Source: an uncultured Candidatus Saccharibacteria bacterium (GTDB taxonomy: Bacteria > Patescibacteriota > Minisyncoccia > Minisyncoccales > Staskawiczbacteraceae). Taken from it: 37,764 nt of DNA. The translations under genes and the position numbers were made by a program. Shown one piece after another: positions 16,169 to 25,457 of this stretch (position 1 is its first letter; each line of letters starts with the position of its first letter). The notes under the pieces were generated by a model. That model saw nothing but the letters and a program-made list of their open reading frames with translations, was not told the DNA's origin and did not search any database. The stretch is from NCBI GenBank assembly GCA_964404005.1, contig CAYOIH010000003.1, positions 1 to 37,764 on the forward strand. Direction: 5' to 3'.

Positions 16169-18388
16169 ATGAATCAATTTTGGACAATCGTTGTCGGAAT
16201 ATTGGTTTTAACAAGTGTCATAGTGTTTGGCTTTACTTTTTTCCAAGTGAGTGGACAAAGAGCATCTTTGGTTTCTGATTTAGAATATAGAACTCAAATT
16301 CTGTCAGAAAGTTTTAAGGAGTCTATAGAACCAGCATACATTAATAATTCTCAAGAATCTTTACAAAAAACCCTAAACAAATTTACCGACAAGCAAAGAT
16401 TGTTGGGAATAGTTGTGTACGATAGTAAAGGGGGCGTCGTAGCTTATTCTGTCGATTTGTTAGATGAGATAATAAAGAGCGCTAAGCCCGCTCATGCTAT
16501 GGATGCTGACAGTGCCTCGGGGAGTTTTGTATCTGTAGAAAAAAACAAGATTTATGAATTCGTCGATCCTCTGCACCAAGACAGCGCAGTAATCGGATCG
16601 ATTATGATTGCGCAAAATGCTGGTTATATAGACGCTGCAATTAATCAGACCTGGGCAACTGTTCTTTTACGATTTTTCATCCAAACATTAATTTTAATAA
16701 TTGCTTTAATTTTTATCTTAAGATGGCTGGTTTTTAAACCGATTCTAAAAATGATTAAATCGATAAGATCGGTACAGGCTGGTAAAATGGATCAGGAATT
16801 AAAAGATTTTGAAGGGCATTCTTTTTTTCGTCCATTAGCTCAAGAGATTTTTAAGATATCGGCTAGTCTACTAAAAGCCAGATCAGCAGCCAGAGAGGAG
16901 GCAAAATTGAGGATGGAGAAATTAGATAGTCCCTGGACCGAAGAGCGTTTAAAAGAATTTGTTAGGGCGTATTTAAAAGATCAGAAAATTTTTCTTGTGT
17001 TTAATCGTGAGCCGTATTCCCACAAAAAAGGAAAAAACGGTGTTTATTGTTTCTCTCAAGCAGGTGGCGTACTAACCGCCCTTGAGCCCTTAATGGAGGC
17101 TTGCGGAGGAATGTGGGTTGCCCATGGCAGTGGTGATGCTGACAAGGAAACCGCAGATGCTGAAGGAAAGTTGCAGGTTCCTCCCGATGACCCAAAATAT
17201 ACTTTAAAAAGAGTCTGGCTTACCGATAAAGAGGTCAGGGGATATAATAAAGGTTATTCAGCTGAAGGATTATATCCGCTTTGTCTTAATACTCATACGC
17301 GTCCGGTTTTTAAGGAAGAAGATTGGGTTGAATATAAGAGAGTGAATGGTAAATTTGCTAAAGTGTTGCTTGAGGAAATTAAAAATATTCAAAGGCCGAT
17401 TATAATCGTAAACGAATATCATTTCAGTCTTTTACCGCTTATGATTAAAGCGGCTCGTCCGGATGCGCGGATCGGCATATTTTGGCATACCCCGTGGCCG
17501 AGCGCAGAAGCTTTTAGCATTTGTCCGCAAAGGCAAAAAATTCTTGAAGGAATGCTAGGGGCTGATATTATTGGTTTTCATAATCAGCAGTTTTGTAACA
17601 ATTTTATTGATACTATAGGAAAAAATGTGGAGTCGCGCATAGATTTTGATAAATTTTCTGTTACTCGTGACGACCACGATTCGTATATACGATCCTTTCC
17701 GGTCGGCGTCTCTTTTACCAATGAAGATGATGGAGAAGATCTTTCCGAGCTTGGTAAAAAAATATTAAATCGGCTTGGAATAAAAACAAAATATTTGGGT
17801 CTGGGCGTTGATAGGCTCGATTACGTTAAAGGAATTCCGGAACGTCTTAAGGGAGTTGAATATTTTCTCGATACGCACCCGGAGTACTGTGGGCAATTTA
17901 CTTTTTTGCAAATTGCGTCACCCTGCCGATCGGAGATCGAAAAATATTCTGAATATAAAAATATCGTTTCCAAAGAAGTGGAAAGGATTAATCAAAAGTT
18001 TAAAAAAGATGACTGGCAGCCCATCGTTCTAGAAGTAGTGCAATATAGCCACCAAGATCTGAATTCGCTTTATAAATTAGCGGATGTTTGTGCTGTTACG
18101 TCTCTGCATGACGGCATGAACCTAGTATCCAAGGAATTTGTTGCTGCAAGAAATGATGAGTCGGGGGTTCTTGTCTTAAGCCAATTTACTGGCGCTTCTC
18201 ATGAATTAAAAGGAGCTTTAATTATTAACCCTTATAGTACAAAAGAGATTGCCGATGCAATATATAGGGGGATTATTATGTCTCCTCTAGAACAAAACAG
18301 GCGGATGAAAACTATGCGCGCCAGTGTCAGGAATTATAATATTTACCGCTGGGCCGCCGAGCTTCTTAAAACTATAGCCGAAGTTTAA
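16169..18388 (+). CDS. otsA: Trehalose-6-phosphate synthase (GT20) with N-terminal TM-extracytoplasmic-TM-HAMP-like module
   Basis: AGGVLTAL, FWHTPWP, GVDRLDYVKG, DGMNLVSKEF, LSQFTGA, INPY; extra ~265 aa N-terminus. Confidence 0.9.
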   Translation: MNQFWTIVVGILVLTSVIVFGFTFFQVSGQRASLVSDLEYRTQILSESFKESIEPAYINNSQESLQKTLNKFTDKQRLLGIVVYDSKGGVVAYSVDLLDEIIKSAKPAHAMDADSASGSFVSVEKNKIYEFVDPLHQDSAVIGSIMIAQNAGYIDAAINQTWATVLLRFFIQTLILIIALIFILRWLVFKPILKMIKSIRSVQAGKMDQELKDFEGHSFFRPLAQEIFKISASLLKARSAAREEAKLRMEKLDSPWTEERLKEFVRAYLKDQKIFLVFNREPYSHKKGKNGVYCFSQAGGVLTALEPLMEACGGMWVAHGSGDADKETADAEGKLQVPPDDPKYTLKRVWLTDKEVRGYNKGYSAEGLYPLCLNTHTRPVFKEEDWVEYKRVNGKFAKVLLEEIKNIQRPIIIVNEYHFSLLPLMIKAARPDARIGIFWHTPWPSAEAFSICPQRQKILEGMLGADIIGFHNQQFCNNFIDTIGKNVESRIDFDKFSVTRDDHDSYIRSFPVGVSFTNEDDGEDLSELGKKILNRLGIKTKYLGLGVDRLDYVKGIPERLKGVEYFLDTHPEYCGQFTFLQIASPCRSEIEKYSEYKNIVSKEVERINQKFKKDDWQPIVLEVVQYSHQDLNSLYKLADVCAVTSLHDGMNLVSKEFVAARNDESGVLVLSQFTGASHELKGALIINPYSTKEIADAIYRGIIMSPLEQNRRMKTMRASVRNYNIYRWAAELLKTIAEV

Positions 18389-18393
18389 TAACT

Positions 18394-19194
18394 ATGAAAG
18401 AAATTAAAGAATGCGAGGTCGAGATTGAGAGGCAGGTAAAAGCTGGCAAAAAAATATTATTAATGCTTGATTTTGACGGAACTATTTCTCCGATAATGCC
18501 TGCGCCAGAACAAGCCTATCTTCCGAATAAGACTCGCCGGGTTCTTCGGGAGATAAGCCAATTCTATCCGGTTGCGATAGTCAGTGGCCGGCCGCTCAGC
18601 GTTGTCAAAAAAAAAGTTGGCGTTGATGAATTTACGTATGCGGGCAGCCATGGTTTGGAATGGTCGATAGAGAAAAAACTAAAATTAAAGCGCATGTCAA
18701 AGCGCGTTTTATCTGCGCTTTCAGATACTAAAAAAGATTTTATAAAAATTATCCATAAATATCCTAAGTTATCAATTGAAGAGAAACCTTATTCTTTTAC
18801 TTTTCATTATCAGTTTGTCGGTCGTAAAAAGATGCGGGCGTTTAAGGCAGACTTGAAAAAATTTATTGAACCGATTTATAAAAATCCTCTATTGAGAGTT
18901 TTTTGGGACAAGGAGACGGTAGACATTATCCCGCGGTTGGATTGGAATAAGGGCGAAATTATCCGTTTGTTATATAAATACTTTCAAGTTAAAAACAAGA
19001 AAATTATTCTGCCCGTTTATGCAGGAGACTCAAAAACAGACGAAGATGCCTTTATTGCGCTCAAGGGGGAGGGGATTACTATCCGCGTGGGCAAGAATAA
19101 AAAAAGTGCGGCAAAATATTATCTAAAAAATCAAAGACAAATAGATAAATTTTTGTTGTGGCTTTTAAAAAATATCCGCAAGGACGTCGATTAG
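18394..19194 (+). CDS. otsB: Trehalose-6-phosphate phosphatase (HAD)
   Basis: LDFDGT, VSGR, GSHG, NKG, GDSKTDEDAF; directly after otsA. Confidence 0.92.
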   Translation: MKEIKECEVEIERQVKAGKKILLMLDFDGTISPIMPAPEQAYLPNKTRRVLREISQFYPVAIVSGRPLSVVKKKVGVDEFTYAGSHGLEWSIEKKLKLKRMSKRVLSALSDTKKDFIKIIHKYPKLSIEEKPYSFTFHYQFVGRKKMRAFKADLKKFIEPIYKNPLLRVFWDKETVDIIPRLDWNKGEIIRLLYKYFQVKNKKIILPVYAGDSKTDEDAFIALKGEGITIRVGKNKKSAAKYYLKNQRQIDKFLLWLLKNIRKDVD

Positions 19195-19216
19195 TAATAT
19201 TTTTATCAAGTAGCGC

Positions 19217-19249
19217 AAAAGACCAGAGACTTAAATCTTTGGTTTTTTT
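19217..19249 (+). terminator. Intrinsic terminator
   Basis: ACCAGAGA...TCTTTGGT plus T run. Confidence 0.65.
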
Positions 19250-19350
19250 GTAAAACAGTGGATAAATAAATTATTGACTGCTTTGTTTTTTTGATATCAT
19301 AAAAAATATTGTTCTGAGGAAAGCACCGTCCTTTGACAAGGAGAGAGCAT

Positions 19351-19665
19351 ATGGGAACTCATGTAGAGACTGGGATCCTGTGGAATCGCGTTTTATCTCT
19401 CGACAACATAGATGCTCTGTCGCGCGTTGCTTTTGACGGAGTGCTAAGGTCTTGGAAGGTTGTTATTGTTTTTACAAGGCTTGGCAGAATTGATGGTACC
19501 ATCGCAATTTCGAAAGAAATTATGGATGATATGACAATTATCGACTCGGAAGTTTTTTTCAGACTACTCCGCGAAGCTTTATGCTACGTAATCGAAACGC
19601 GCCCGCAAACAAGGGTAATCGTTAAAGAGCTGGAGTTGAAAAAAGACGAGATTTGGAGCAGGTGA
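19351..19665 (+). CDS. Orphan hypothetical protein (104 aa)
   Basis: AAGGAG SD at 19338-19343, upstream TTGACT/TGATATCAT promoter-like boxes, own terminator. Confidence 0.55.
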   Translation: MGTHVETGILWNRVLSLDNIDALSRVAFDGVLRSWKVVIVFTRLGRIDGTIAISKEIMDDMTIIDSEVFFRLLREALCYVIETRPQTRVIVKELELKKDEIWSR

Positions 19666-19677
19666 TGTCTCGTTTAG

Positions 19678-19706
19678 TCCCGTGTCGGCTGGCACGGGAT
19701 TTTTTT
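19678..19706 (+). terminator. Intrinsic terminator
   Basis: GTCCCGTGTC-GGCT-GGCACGGGAT plus T run. Confidence 0.8.
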
Positions 19707-19768
19707 AGTGTTTGAAGGATCGCCAAACAGGTGATTTTTTGGTAATATAAAGCAATGAGTTTAAAAAT

Positions 19769-20677
19769 ATGATATATTCTTGGTTAATAGTAATAATCTT
19801 AGCGTATCTTTTTTTCGCTTTTTCTTCGTTGGGAGACAAGCTGGTTTTAGCCAGCAGACCAAAGCCAAAATCTTATATTTTTTATGTGGGTGCTTTTGGA
19901 GCCTCTGTGGTTGTGCTTATACCTTTTATAAATTTTGGTTTTCCAAGCACTGCGGGGCTAACCTGGATTATTTTAGATTCTATCGTTCGTATAGCGGGTC
20001 TTTACTCAATGTATGTTGCCTTAGAAAAATTTGATGTTTCTAAGGTTATGACAACTATTGGAGCAACCCAGCCAATATTTATTTTTGTTTTAACCTGGAT
20101 TTTCTGGGGAACTGTAATAATGTCCCCGATATATATTTTGGCATTTATAATATTATTTTTGGCGTGTATAATTGTTTCCGTCGAAAAGACTCAGAAAGTT
20201 ACACAAAGTTACCTTAAACTCACAATTTTTTCTTCGGTGATGTTTTCTTTAGATTATATTTTTGTAAAAATGGTTTTCTTGAGCACGGGGTTTTTGCAGG
20301 GAGTTGTATGGCTGGGGATATTTGTGTTTTTATTTGTTTCGGTTTTACTTCTATCTAAAAGATACAGAAAGGAAATTTTTGCAAAGCGTATGGTTTTAAA
20401 TAAAGGAACGCAGGCAAAGTTTGTTTTGGCCCAGGCTTCTGGAGGTGTGGCTAATTTTTTACAGAGTTTTGCCATATTTCTGGCGCCCATAGCATTCTTG
20501 CCGATGGTTAACGCCCTGAGGGGAATTCAATATGCTTTTCTTTTTGTCATTACTTTATTTATTTCCATTTTCTTCCCCAAAATTTTAAAGGAAGGATTGT
20601 CAAAGAGGATAATTTTTCAAAAGGCAATTTCCATTGTTCTTATAGTAATCGGTTTGGCGATACTGGTTATTTATTGA
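19769..20677 (+). CDS. EamA/DMT-like 10-TM transporter
   Basis: About 10 TM in two repeats, GDKLVL, ALEKFDVS..QPIF, LKE..S. Confidence 0.75.
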   Translation: MIYSWLIVIILAYLFFAFSSLGDKLVLASRPKPKSYIFYVGAFGASVVVLIPFINFGFPSTAGLTWIILDSIVRIAGLYSMYVALEKFDVSKVMTTIGATQPIFIFVLTWIFWGTVIMSPIYILAFIILFLACIIVSVEKTQKVTQSYLKLTIFSSVMFSLDYIFVKMVFLSTGFLQGVVWLGIFVFLFVSVLLLSKRYRKEIFAKRMVLNKGTQAKFVLAQASGGVANFLQSFAIFLAPIAFLPMVNALRGIQYAFLFVITLFISIFFPKILKEGLSKRIIFQKAISIVLIVIGLAILVIY

Positions 20678-20698
20678 TAAAAACAGGCGGAACAAACC

Positions 20699-20731
20699 AA
20701 AAACTCGCCCCACTTAAGGGACGAGCTTTTG
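20699..20731. terminator. Bidirectional terminator
   Basis: AAAAACTCG.CC...GG.CGAGCTTTT between convergent genes. Confidence 0.6.
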
Positions 20732-20737
20732 GTTTTA

Positions 20738-20995
20738 CTAAGATAGGTGTTTTGAGACCAATTTTGTCATCTCAAACATATCCACTACTGATTTTCCACC
20801 AAATACTACTTTTAACTTGGCGTCAGCGACTATATTCCTTTTAGCCTTTGGATCCTGCAAGTTATTCTTTTTAATATACGCCCAAAGTTTTTTTACAACT
20901 TCAGATCTTGGCATCGGGCCTTTTCCTACAACTGCCTCTAAGTCAGCAGTTAACTTTAACGGCTTCATGAAAGCCGAATTTGCTTTTCCTGGCAT
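20738..20995 (-). CDS. Stand-alone SWIB/MDM2 domain protein
   Basis: PMPRSEVVKKLWAYIKKNNLQDP...IVADAKLK...MFEMTKLVSKHL. Confidence 0.92.
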   Translation of the reverse strand: MPGKANSAFMKPLKLTADLEAVVGKGPMPRSEVVKKLWAYIKKNNLQDPKAKRNIVADAKLKVVFGGKSVVDMFEMTKLVSKHLS

Positions 20996-21265
20996 TATAA
21001 ATAACTATTCGATTAGCATATTTTCTGTTTCGTTCAGTCCATTGCAATAGGGACTGGACTATTTCGAAAAAATTACCGACCAACTAGTTTTTAATTAATA
21101 ATAGTGCCTATAGCATAATGATGGCACATCCTATAGGGGAAATCAACCCTGTCAAGCGTAATTTGACCAAAATACGTTGTTTTTGAGTTAATCGGCAAAA
21201 AAAAGAGCGGCTGTCTCTCATGGACGAGTCGCTTTTTGGCTTGGATTTTTCGCGGAGTTTCCGCG

Positions 21266-21586
21266 CTATGTTGTTATTGGAGTTGTGTGAACGCCTTTTT
21301 GTGGCGCATGCCAACTTTGGATATAGTGGTTGGCAGGCCAGACTTCTCCACCCAATCCTCTCTTAAATACATTAAAGTCTTTTTCGATCTCGAATTTTTT
21401 GTGGACGAGAAGCACCTGTTTTTTAGTGCGCAACCCCCACAATTTACGGTGTTCGCCGTCAGCACAACGAATCGTATCGTGGGAGCTGTCCAGTCCGCAG
21501 TGAGCGGCGATTGCAGCAGCTATTGCTTCGTTCACGGAGCGCCCAACTTCAAGATACCACGGATAGCCCGTTTTCTTTTTGGCCAT
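21266..21586 (-). CDS. Orphan basic hypothetical protein (106 aa)
   Basis: TAAGGAGG SD, TTGACT-16-TATTAT promoter and own terminator (about 21197-21235) all on minus strand. Confidence 0.6.
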   Translation of the reverse strand: MAKKKTGYPWYLEVGRSVNEAIAAAIAAHCGLDSSHDTIRCADGEHRKLWGLRTKKQVLLVHKKFEIEKDFNVFKRGLGGEVWPANHYIQSWHAPQKGVHTTPITT

Positions 21587-21742
21587 GATAAGCCTCCTTA
21601 TTTGGCTGGGAAGGTTCGGTTAGTTCAAAATTTATAATATACTTTTTTGGCTAAAAGTCAACAATTTCCCTCTGAATTTATCCACTTTCGGGTATTGCTT
21701 TGTCTATTATTTTGCGGTAAAATAGAAGAATATAAGCTATAT

Positions 21743-22891
21743 ATGAAGAGAGAAAATATCATAATAGAAGACAAAAAGGGGGAGGATTTAACTAAGGAAC
21801 TTGAGGCCAGGACGGATATTAAGGCCGAAAGAATAAAGAGGCTATTAAGGTTTCCAGATCTTACAAAAAAGGAGAACTCTCCTGTTAAGATTTTAGTTGA
21901 CCAGATAATAGATTTGCCAAGGTTTGAAGATTTTTACTTGGTTGATTTCCCAAGAATTGTTACTGTAGCTGACAATTTTAATGTTTTAAACACCCCAAAA
22001 GATCATCCCTCAAGAAGAGAGTCTGATACATATTACATTACAGAAAAAGACATACTGCGCACACAAACCACAACAATGTGGCCGTATTGTTTGCGCGATA
22101 AAGATGTATTAGAAGTTCTAAAAAAAGATGGAGAGTTCGGCGCATTATCTACGGGGATTGTTTTTAGAAAAGACGAAATTGATAGAAAGCATTTTCCGGC
22201 ATTCCACCAAATAGACGGTTTGTATATTTGTAAAAAAGACAAGAAAATAATAACCCAGAGAGACTTGGAGCTTGTTGAAGAGGACATTGTAAAAACTCTT
22301 TTTGGAAAAAACGTTGAGTTTAGATTTTTGGTGGATTCTTTTCCATTTACAGACCCTTCGGTTCAAATTGAAGTGAAATTTAATAATGATTGGTTAGAAA
22401 TTGTTGGTTCTGGGCTTGTACACACACAAGTATTAAAGAATTTTGGAATTGACCCAGAAATTTATAATGGTTGGGCGTTTGGATTTGGGATAGAAAGATT
22501 AGCTATGATAAAGATGGGGATCACCGACATCAGAATTTTGTGGTCGGACGATCCGCGAATTACCAGCCAGTTTAAGGATATAAACAGCAAGTATAAAGAG
22601 GTAAGCAAATATCCGGAAATTGCCAGGGATATTTCATTTATTATAGATAAAAATATAAATTTAAATAATTATTACGAAATTGTGCGCGACTTCGCCGAGA
22701 ATTTAATTGAAGAAGTAAAACTTTTAGACAGCTACGAAGATGATGCAAAATTCGGCAAGGATAAAAAAAGTTATACATTTAGGATTGTTTACCGCTCGCC
22801 GGAAAGGACATTGACCAACGAAGAAATAAATAAAATCCAAGAAGAGATTAGAGAAGAAACAGTTAAAGAGCTGAAAGCGGAATTACGTTAA
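21743..22891 (+). CDS. pheS: Single-chain (mitochondrial-type) phenylalanyl-tRNA synthetase: catalytic domain fused to FDX-ACB anticodon-binding domain
   Basis: HPSR, LRTQTT, FRKDEID..HFPAFHQIDG, FPFTDPS, GWAFGFGIERLAM, then SKYPEIARDISF...YRSPERTLTNEE. Confidence 0.92.
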   Translation: MKRENIIIEDKKGEDLTKELEARTDIKAERIKRLLRFPDLTKKENSPVKILVDQIIDLPRFEDFYLVDFPRIVTVADNFNVLNTPKDHPSRRESDTYYITEKDILRTQTTTMWPYCLRDKDVLEVLKKDGEFGALSTGIVFRKDEIDRKHFPAFHQIDGLYICKKDKKIITQRDLELVEEDIVKTLFGKNVEFRFLVDSFPFTDPSVQIEVKFNNDWLEIVGSGLVHTQVLKNFGIDPEIYNGWAFGFGIERLAMIKMGITDIRILWSDDPRITSQFKDINSKYKEVSKYPEIARDISFIIDKNINLNNYYEIVRDFAENLIEEVKLLDSYEDDAKFGKDKKSYTFRIVYRSPERTLTNEEINKIQEEIREETVKELKAELR

Positions 22892-22910
22892 AAAATAATC
22901 ATTAACAAAA

Positions 22911-25073
22911 ATGAAACTAAATATTAAATCAAAAGACGAAGAGGTCGAGAAAAAAACGGTGATAAAATCTCCGGTAAAAAATGTTGTCGGAAAGAAAGCC
23001 GTTGCACCAAAACCGGAAAAAAAACCGGTGCCAGCTAAGGTTGCAAAAAAATCAGAACCGATAAAAGAGGAAAAGGTAAAGGAAGAACCAAAAGAGGAGT
23101 TAAGAAAAACAGAAGTGGTAAAAGACGATGTTAAGCCGGAAGCCAAGATTGAGCCGAAGAAAACAAGGAAAGATGGAGAATACACAGCCAAAGATATTTA
23201 TGTTTTAAAAGGTTTGGAGCCTGTCAGATTAAGGCCGGGAATGTATATTGGCTCGACAGGAGTGGACGGTTTGCATCACTTGATTTGGGAAGTTGTAGAC
23301 AATTGTTTAGACGAGGCAATGGCAGGATACGCCAAAAATATAGAAGTTATTTTATTGCCGAATAACAGGGTGAAGATTTCTGACGACGGCAGGGGAATTC
23401 CGGTTGAAAAACATCCGGACACGGGCAAATCAACTTTGGAAACTGTTTTGACGACTTTGCACGCCGGAGGAAAGTTCGGCGGAGAAGCGTATAAAGTTTC
23501 CGGAGGTTTGCATGGAGTTGGTATTTCTGTCGTTTGCGCGCTTTCCACATATATGCTTTCGCACGTTGAAAGAGACGGCGGAATTTATGAGCAGGAATAT
23601 TTTAGGGGCAAGCCGAAATATAATGTAAAAAAAATAGGAGACTCAAAAAAAACCGGAACAACGCAGACGTTTGACGCAGACCCGGAGATTTTTTCAAAAA
23701 TAGAATACGATCCGAAAAGAATTTTAGCTCACTTGCGCCAGCAGGCATATTTAACCAAGGGAGTAAAAATAACATTCAACGATGAAAGAATAAAAGGCCA
23801 GGAAACCAGCTACACATTTTATTTTGAAGGAGGGGTGGCGTCCTATGTAAAATATTTGGTCCAGACAAATACTCCAAGGCACCCGAATATTTTTTCTGTT
23901 GCCGCAGAAAAAGATAAAATTTGGGTTGAAGCGGCTTTTCAATATACGCAGGAGATGGAATGTACGGAGGAATCTTTTGCGAACAATATTTATACAATGG
24001 AAGGAGGAACGCATATTTCCGGCTTCAGAACTGCGCTAACAAGGTCATTAAATGATTATGCAAGGCGGGAAGGATTTTTGAAAGAAAAAGATGAAAATTT
24101 TTCTGGCGATGATGTTAGGGAAGGATTAACAGCAGTTGTTTCGGTTAAAATACGAACTCCGCAGTTTGAGGGGCAGACAAAAGCAAAACTGGGAAACCCG
24201 GAGGCCAAGAATGCTGTTGAGGTTGCCACCGCAGAGGGCTTGTCTGACTACTTGGAAAGAAATCCTTCTGATGCAAAAGCCATTATAGAAAATTGTTTAC
24301 TGGCGACTAAGGCGAGGCTGGCGGCAAAAGCCGCACGCCAGACAGTTTTGAGAAAAGGAGCTTTGGAGGGGCTGGCTTTGCCGGGAAAATTAGCGGATTG
24401 CCTCTCCAGAAAACCGGAAGAATCTGAAATATATATTGTTGAGGGAGATTCCGCCGGAGGCTCGTCAAAACAGGCGAGGGACAGGAGATTCCAGGCGATA
24501 TTGCCTTTGCGCGGAAAAATTCTAAATGTGGAAAGGGCGAGATTAGACAAAATGTTAGCATCAAAAGAAATCAAGGCGCTGATTATTGCAATGGGAACTG
24601 GCATTGGAGAAGATTTTGATATTGAAAAATTAAGATACCACAGAATCGTAATTATGACTGACGCTGACGTTGATGGAGCGCACATCAGATGTCTTCTCAT
24701 AACATTCTTTTACAGACACTTTAAACCGGTTGTTGACGCCGGACACATTTATATTGCCCAGCCGCCTTTGTACAAAATTTCTTTTGGAAAAAATGCTCAA
24801 TATGCGTATTCAGATGCGCAACGAGATAAAATTGTAAAAGAAATGGGCAAGGGCGGAGTCTCAATACAGCGATATAAAGGTTTGGGAGAAATGAATCCCG
24901 AACAGCTTTGGGAAACAACAATGAATCCGGAAAACAGAACTTTATTGCAGGTTACAGTTGAAGATGCCCATGAAGCCGATAAAACATTGGATATTTTAAT
25001 GGGCGAGGAAGTTGAACCAAGAAAGAAATTTATTCAGACACACGCCAAGGCTGCTAAAAATTTAGATATTTAA
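22911..25073 (+). CDS. gyrB: DNA gyrase subunit B (short type) with Lys/Glu-rich N-terminal extension
   Basis: RPGMYIG, EVVDN, DDGRGIP, LHAGGKF, GLHGVG, VEGDSAGG, PLRGKILN, MTDADVDG, QRYKGLGEM. Confidence 0.93.
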   Translation: MKLNIKSKDEEVEKKTVIKSPVKNVVGKKAVAPKPEKKPVPAKVAKKSEPIKEEKVKEEPKEELRKTEVVKDDVKPEAKIEPKKTRKDGEYTAKDIYVLKGLEPVRLRPGMYIGSTGVDGLHHLIWEVVDNCLDEAMAGYAKNIEVILLPNNRVKISDDGRGIPVEKHPDTGKSTLETVLTTLHAGGKFGGEAYKVSGGLHGVGISVVCALSTYMLSHVERDGGIYEQEYFRGKPKYNVKKIGDSKKTGTTQTFDADPEIFSKIEYDPKRILAHLRQQAYLTKGVKITFNDERIKGQETSYTFYFEGGVASYVKYLVQTNTPRHPNIFSVAAEKDKIWVEAAFQYTQEMECTEESFANNIYTMEGGTHISGFRTALTRSLNDYARREGFLKEKDENFSGDDVREGLTAVVSVKIRTPQFEGQTKAKLGNPEAKNAVEVATAEGLSDYLERNPSDAKAIIENCLLATKARLAAKAARQTVLRKGALEGLALPGKLADCLSRKPEESEIYIVEGDSAGGSSKQARDRRFQAILPLRGKILNVERARLDKMLASKEIKALIIAMGTGIGEDFDIEKLRYHRIVIMTDADVDGAHIRCLLITFFYRHFKPVVDAGHIYIAQPPLYKISFGKNAQYAYSDAQRDKIVKEMGKGGVSIQRYKGLGEMNPEQLWETTMNPENRTLLQVTVEDAHEADKTLDILMGEEVEPRKKFIQTHAKAAKNLDI

Positions 25074-25078
25074 ACAAG

Positions 25079-25336
25079 ATGGTATTTGACCAGATAAAAA
25101 AAATTGCGGAGTTAAAGAAACTCCAGGACAGTTTAAAGAAAGAAAAAACGGTTATTGAGAAGAGAGGAGTTTCAATTGAAATGAATGGCAATTTTGAAGT
25201 GGAAAATATAAAATTGAATCCGGAATTAAGTACAGATGACCAGCAAGAAGTTTTAAAGCAGTGCTTGAATGAGGCAAAGGAAGATATACAAAAAAAGATG
25301 GCTAAAACATTGATGTCATCGGGGATTAGCTTCTAA
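25079..25336 (+). CDS. YbaB/EbfC nucleoid-associated protein
   Basis: KKLQDSLKKE...GVSIEMNGNFEVENIKLNP...LNEA pattern. Confidence 0.8.
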   Translation: MVFDQIKKIAELKKLQDSLKKEKTVIEKRGVSIEMNGNFEVENIKLNPELSTDDQQEVLKQCLNEAKEDIQKKMAKTLMSSGISF

Positions 25337-25383
25337 AAATAAGCAAATTTAAAAGGTCCGTTGACCACAGCAGCTTCGCCGCC

Positions 25384-25412
25384 TTGACTTATTGGTTTGA
25401 TTCGGCTATTAT
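25384..25412 (+). promoter_or_regulatory. Promoter of secE-nusG-rplK
   Basis: TTGACT-17 nt-TATTAT. Confidence 0.7.
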
Positions 25413-25457
25413 AGAAATATAAACATAAATAGCCGCCGCGGGCGGTTTTTAAGAACC

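Noticed and set aside
21236-21637. 133-aa + strand ORF opposite 21266..21586
   Set aside because: The minus-strand ORF has the SD, promoter and terminator; this one has none
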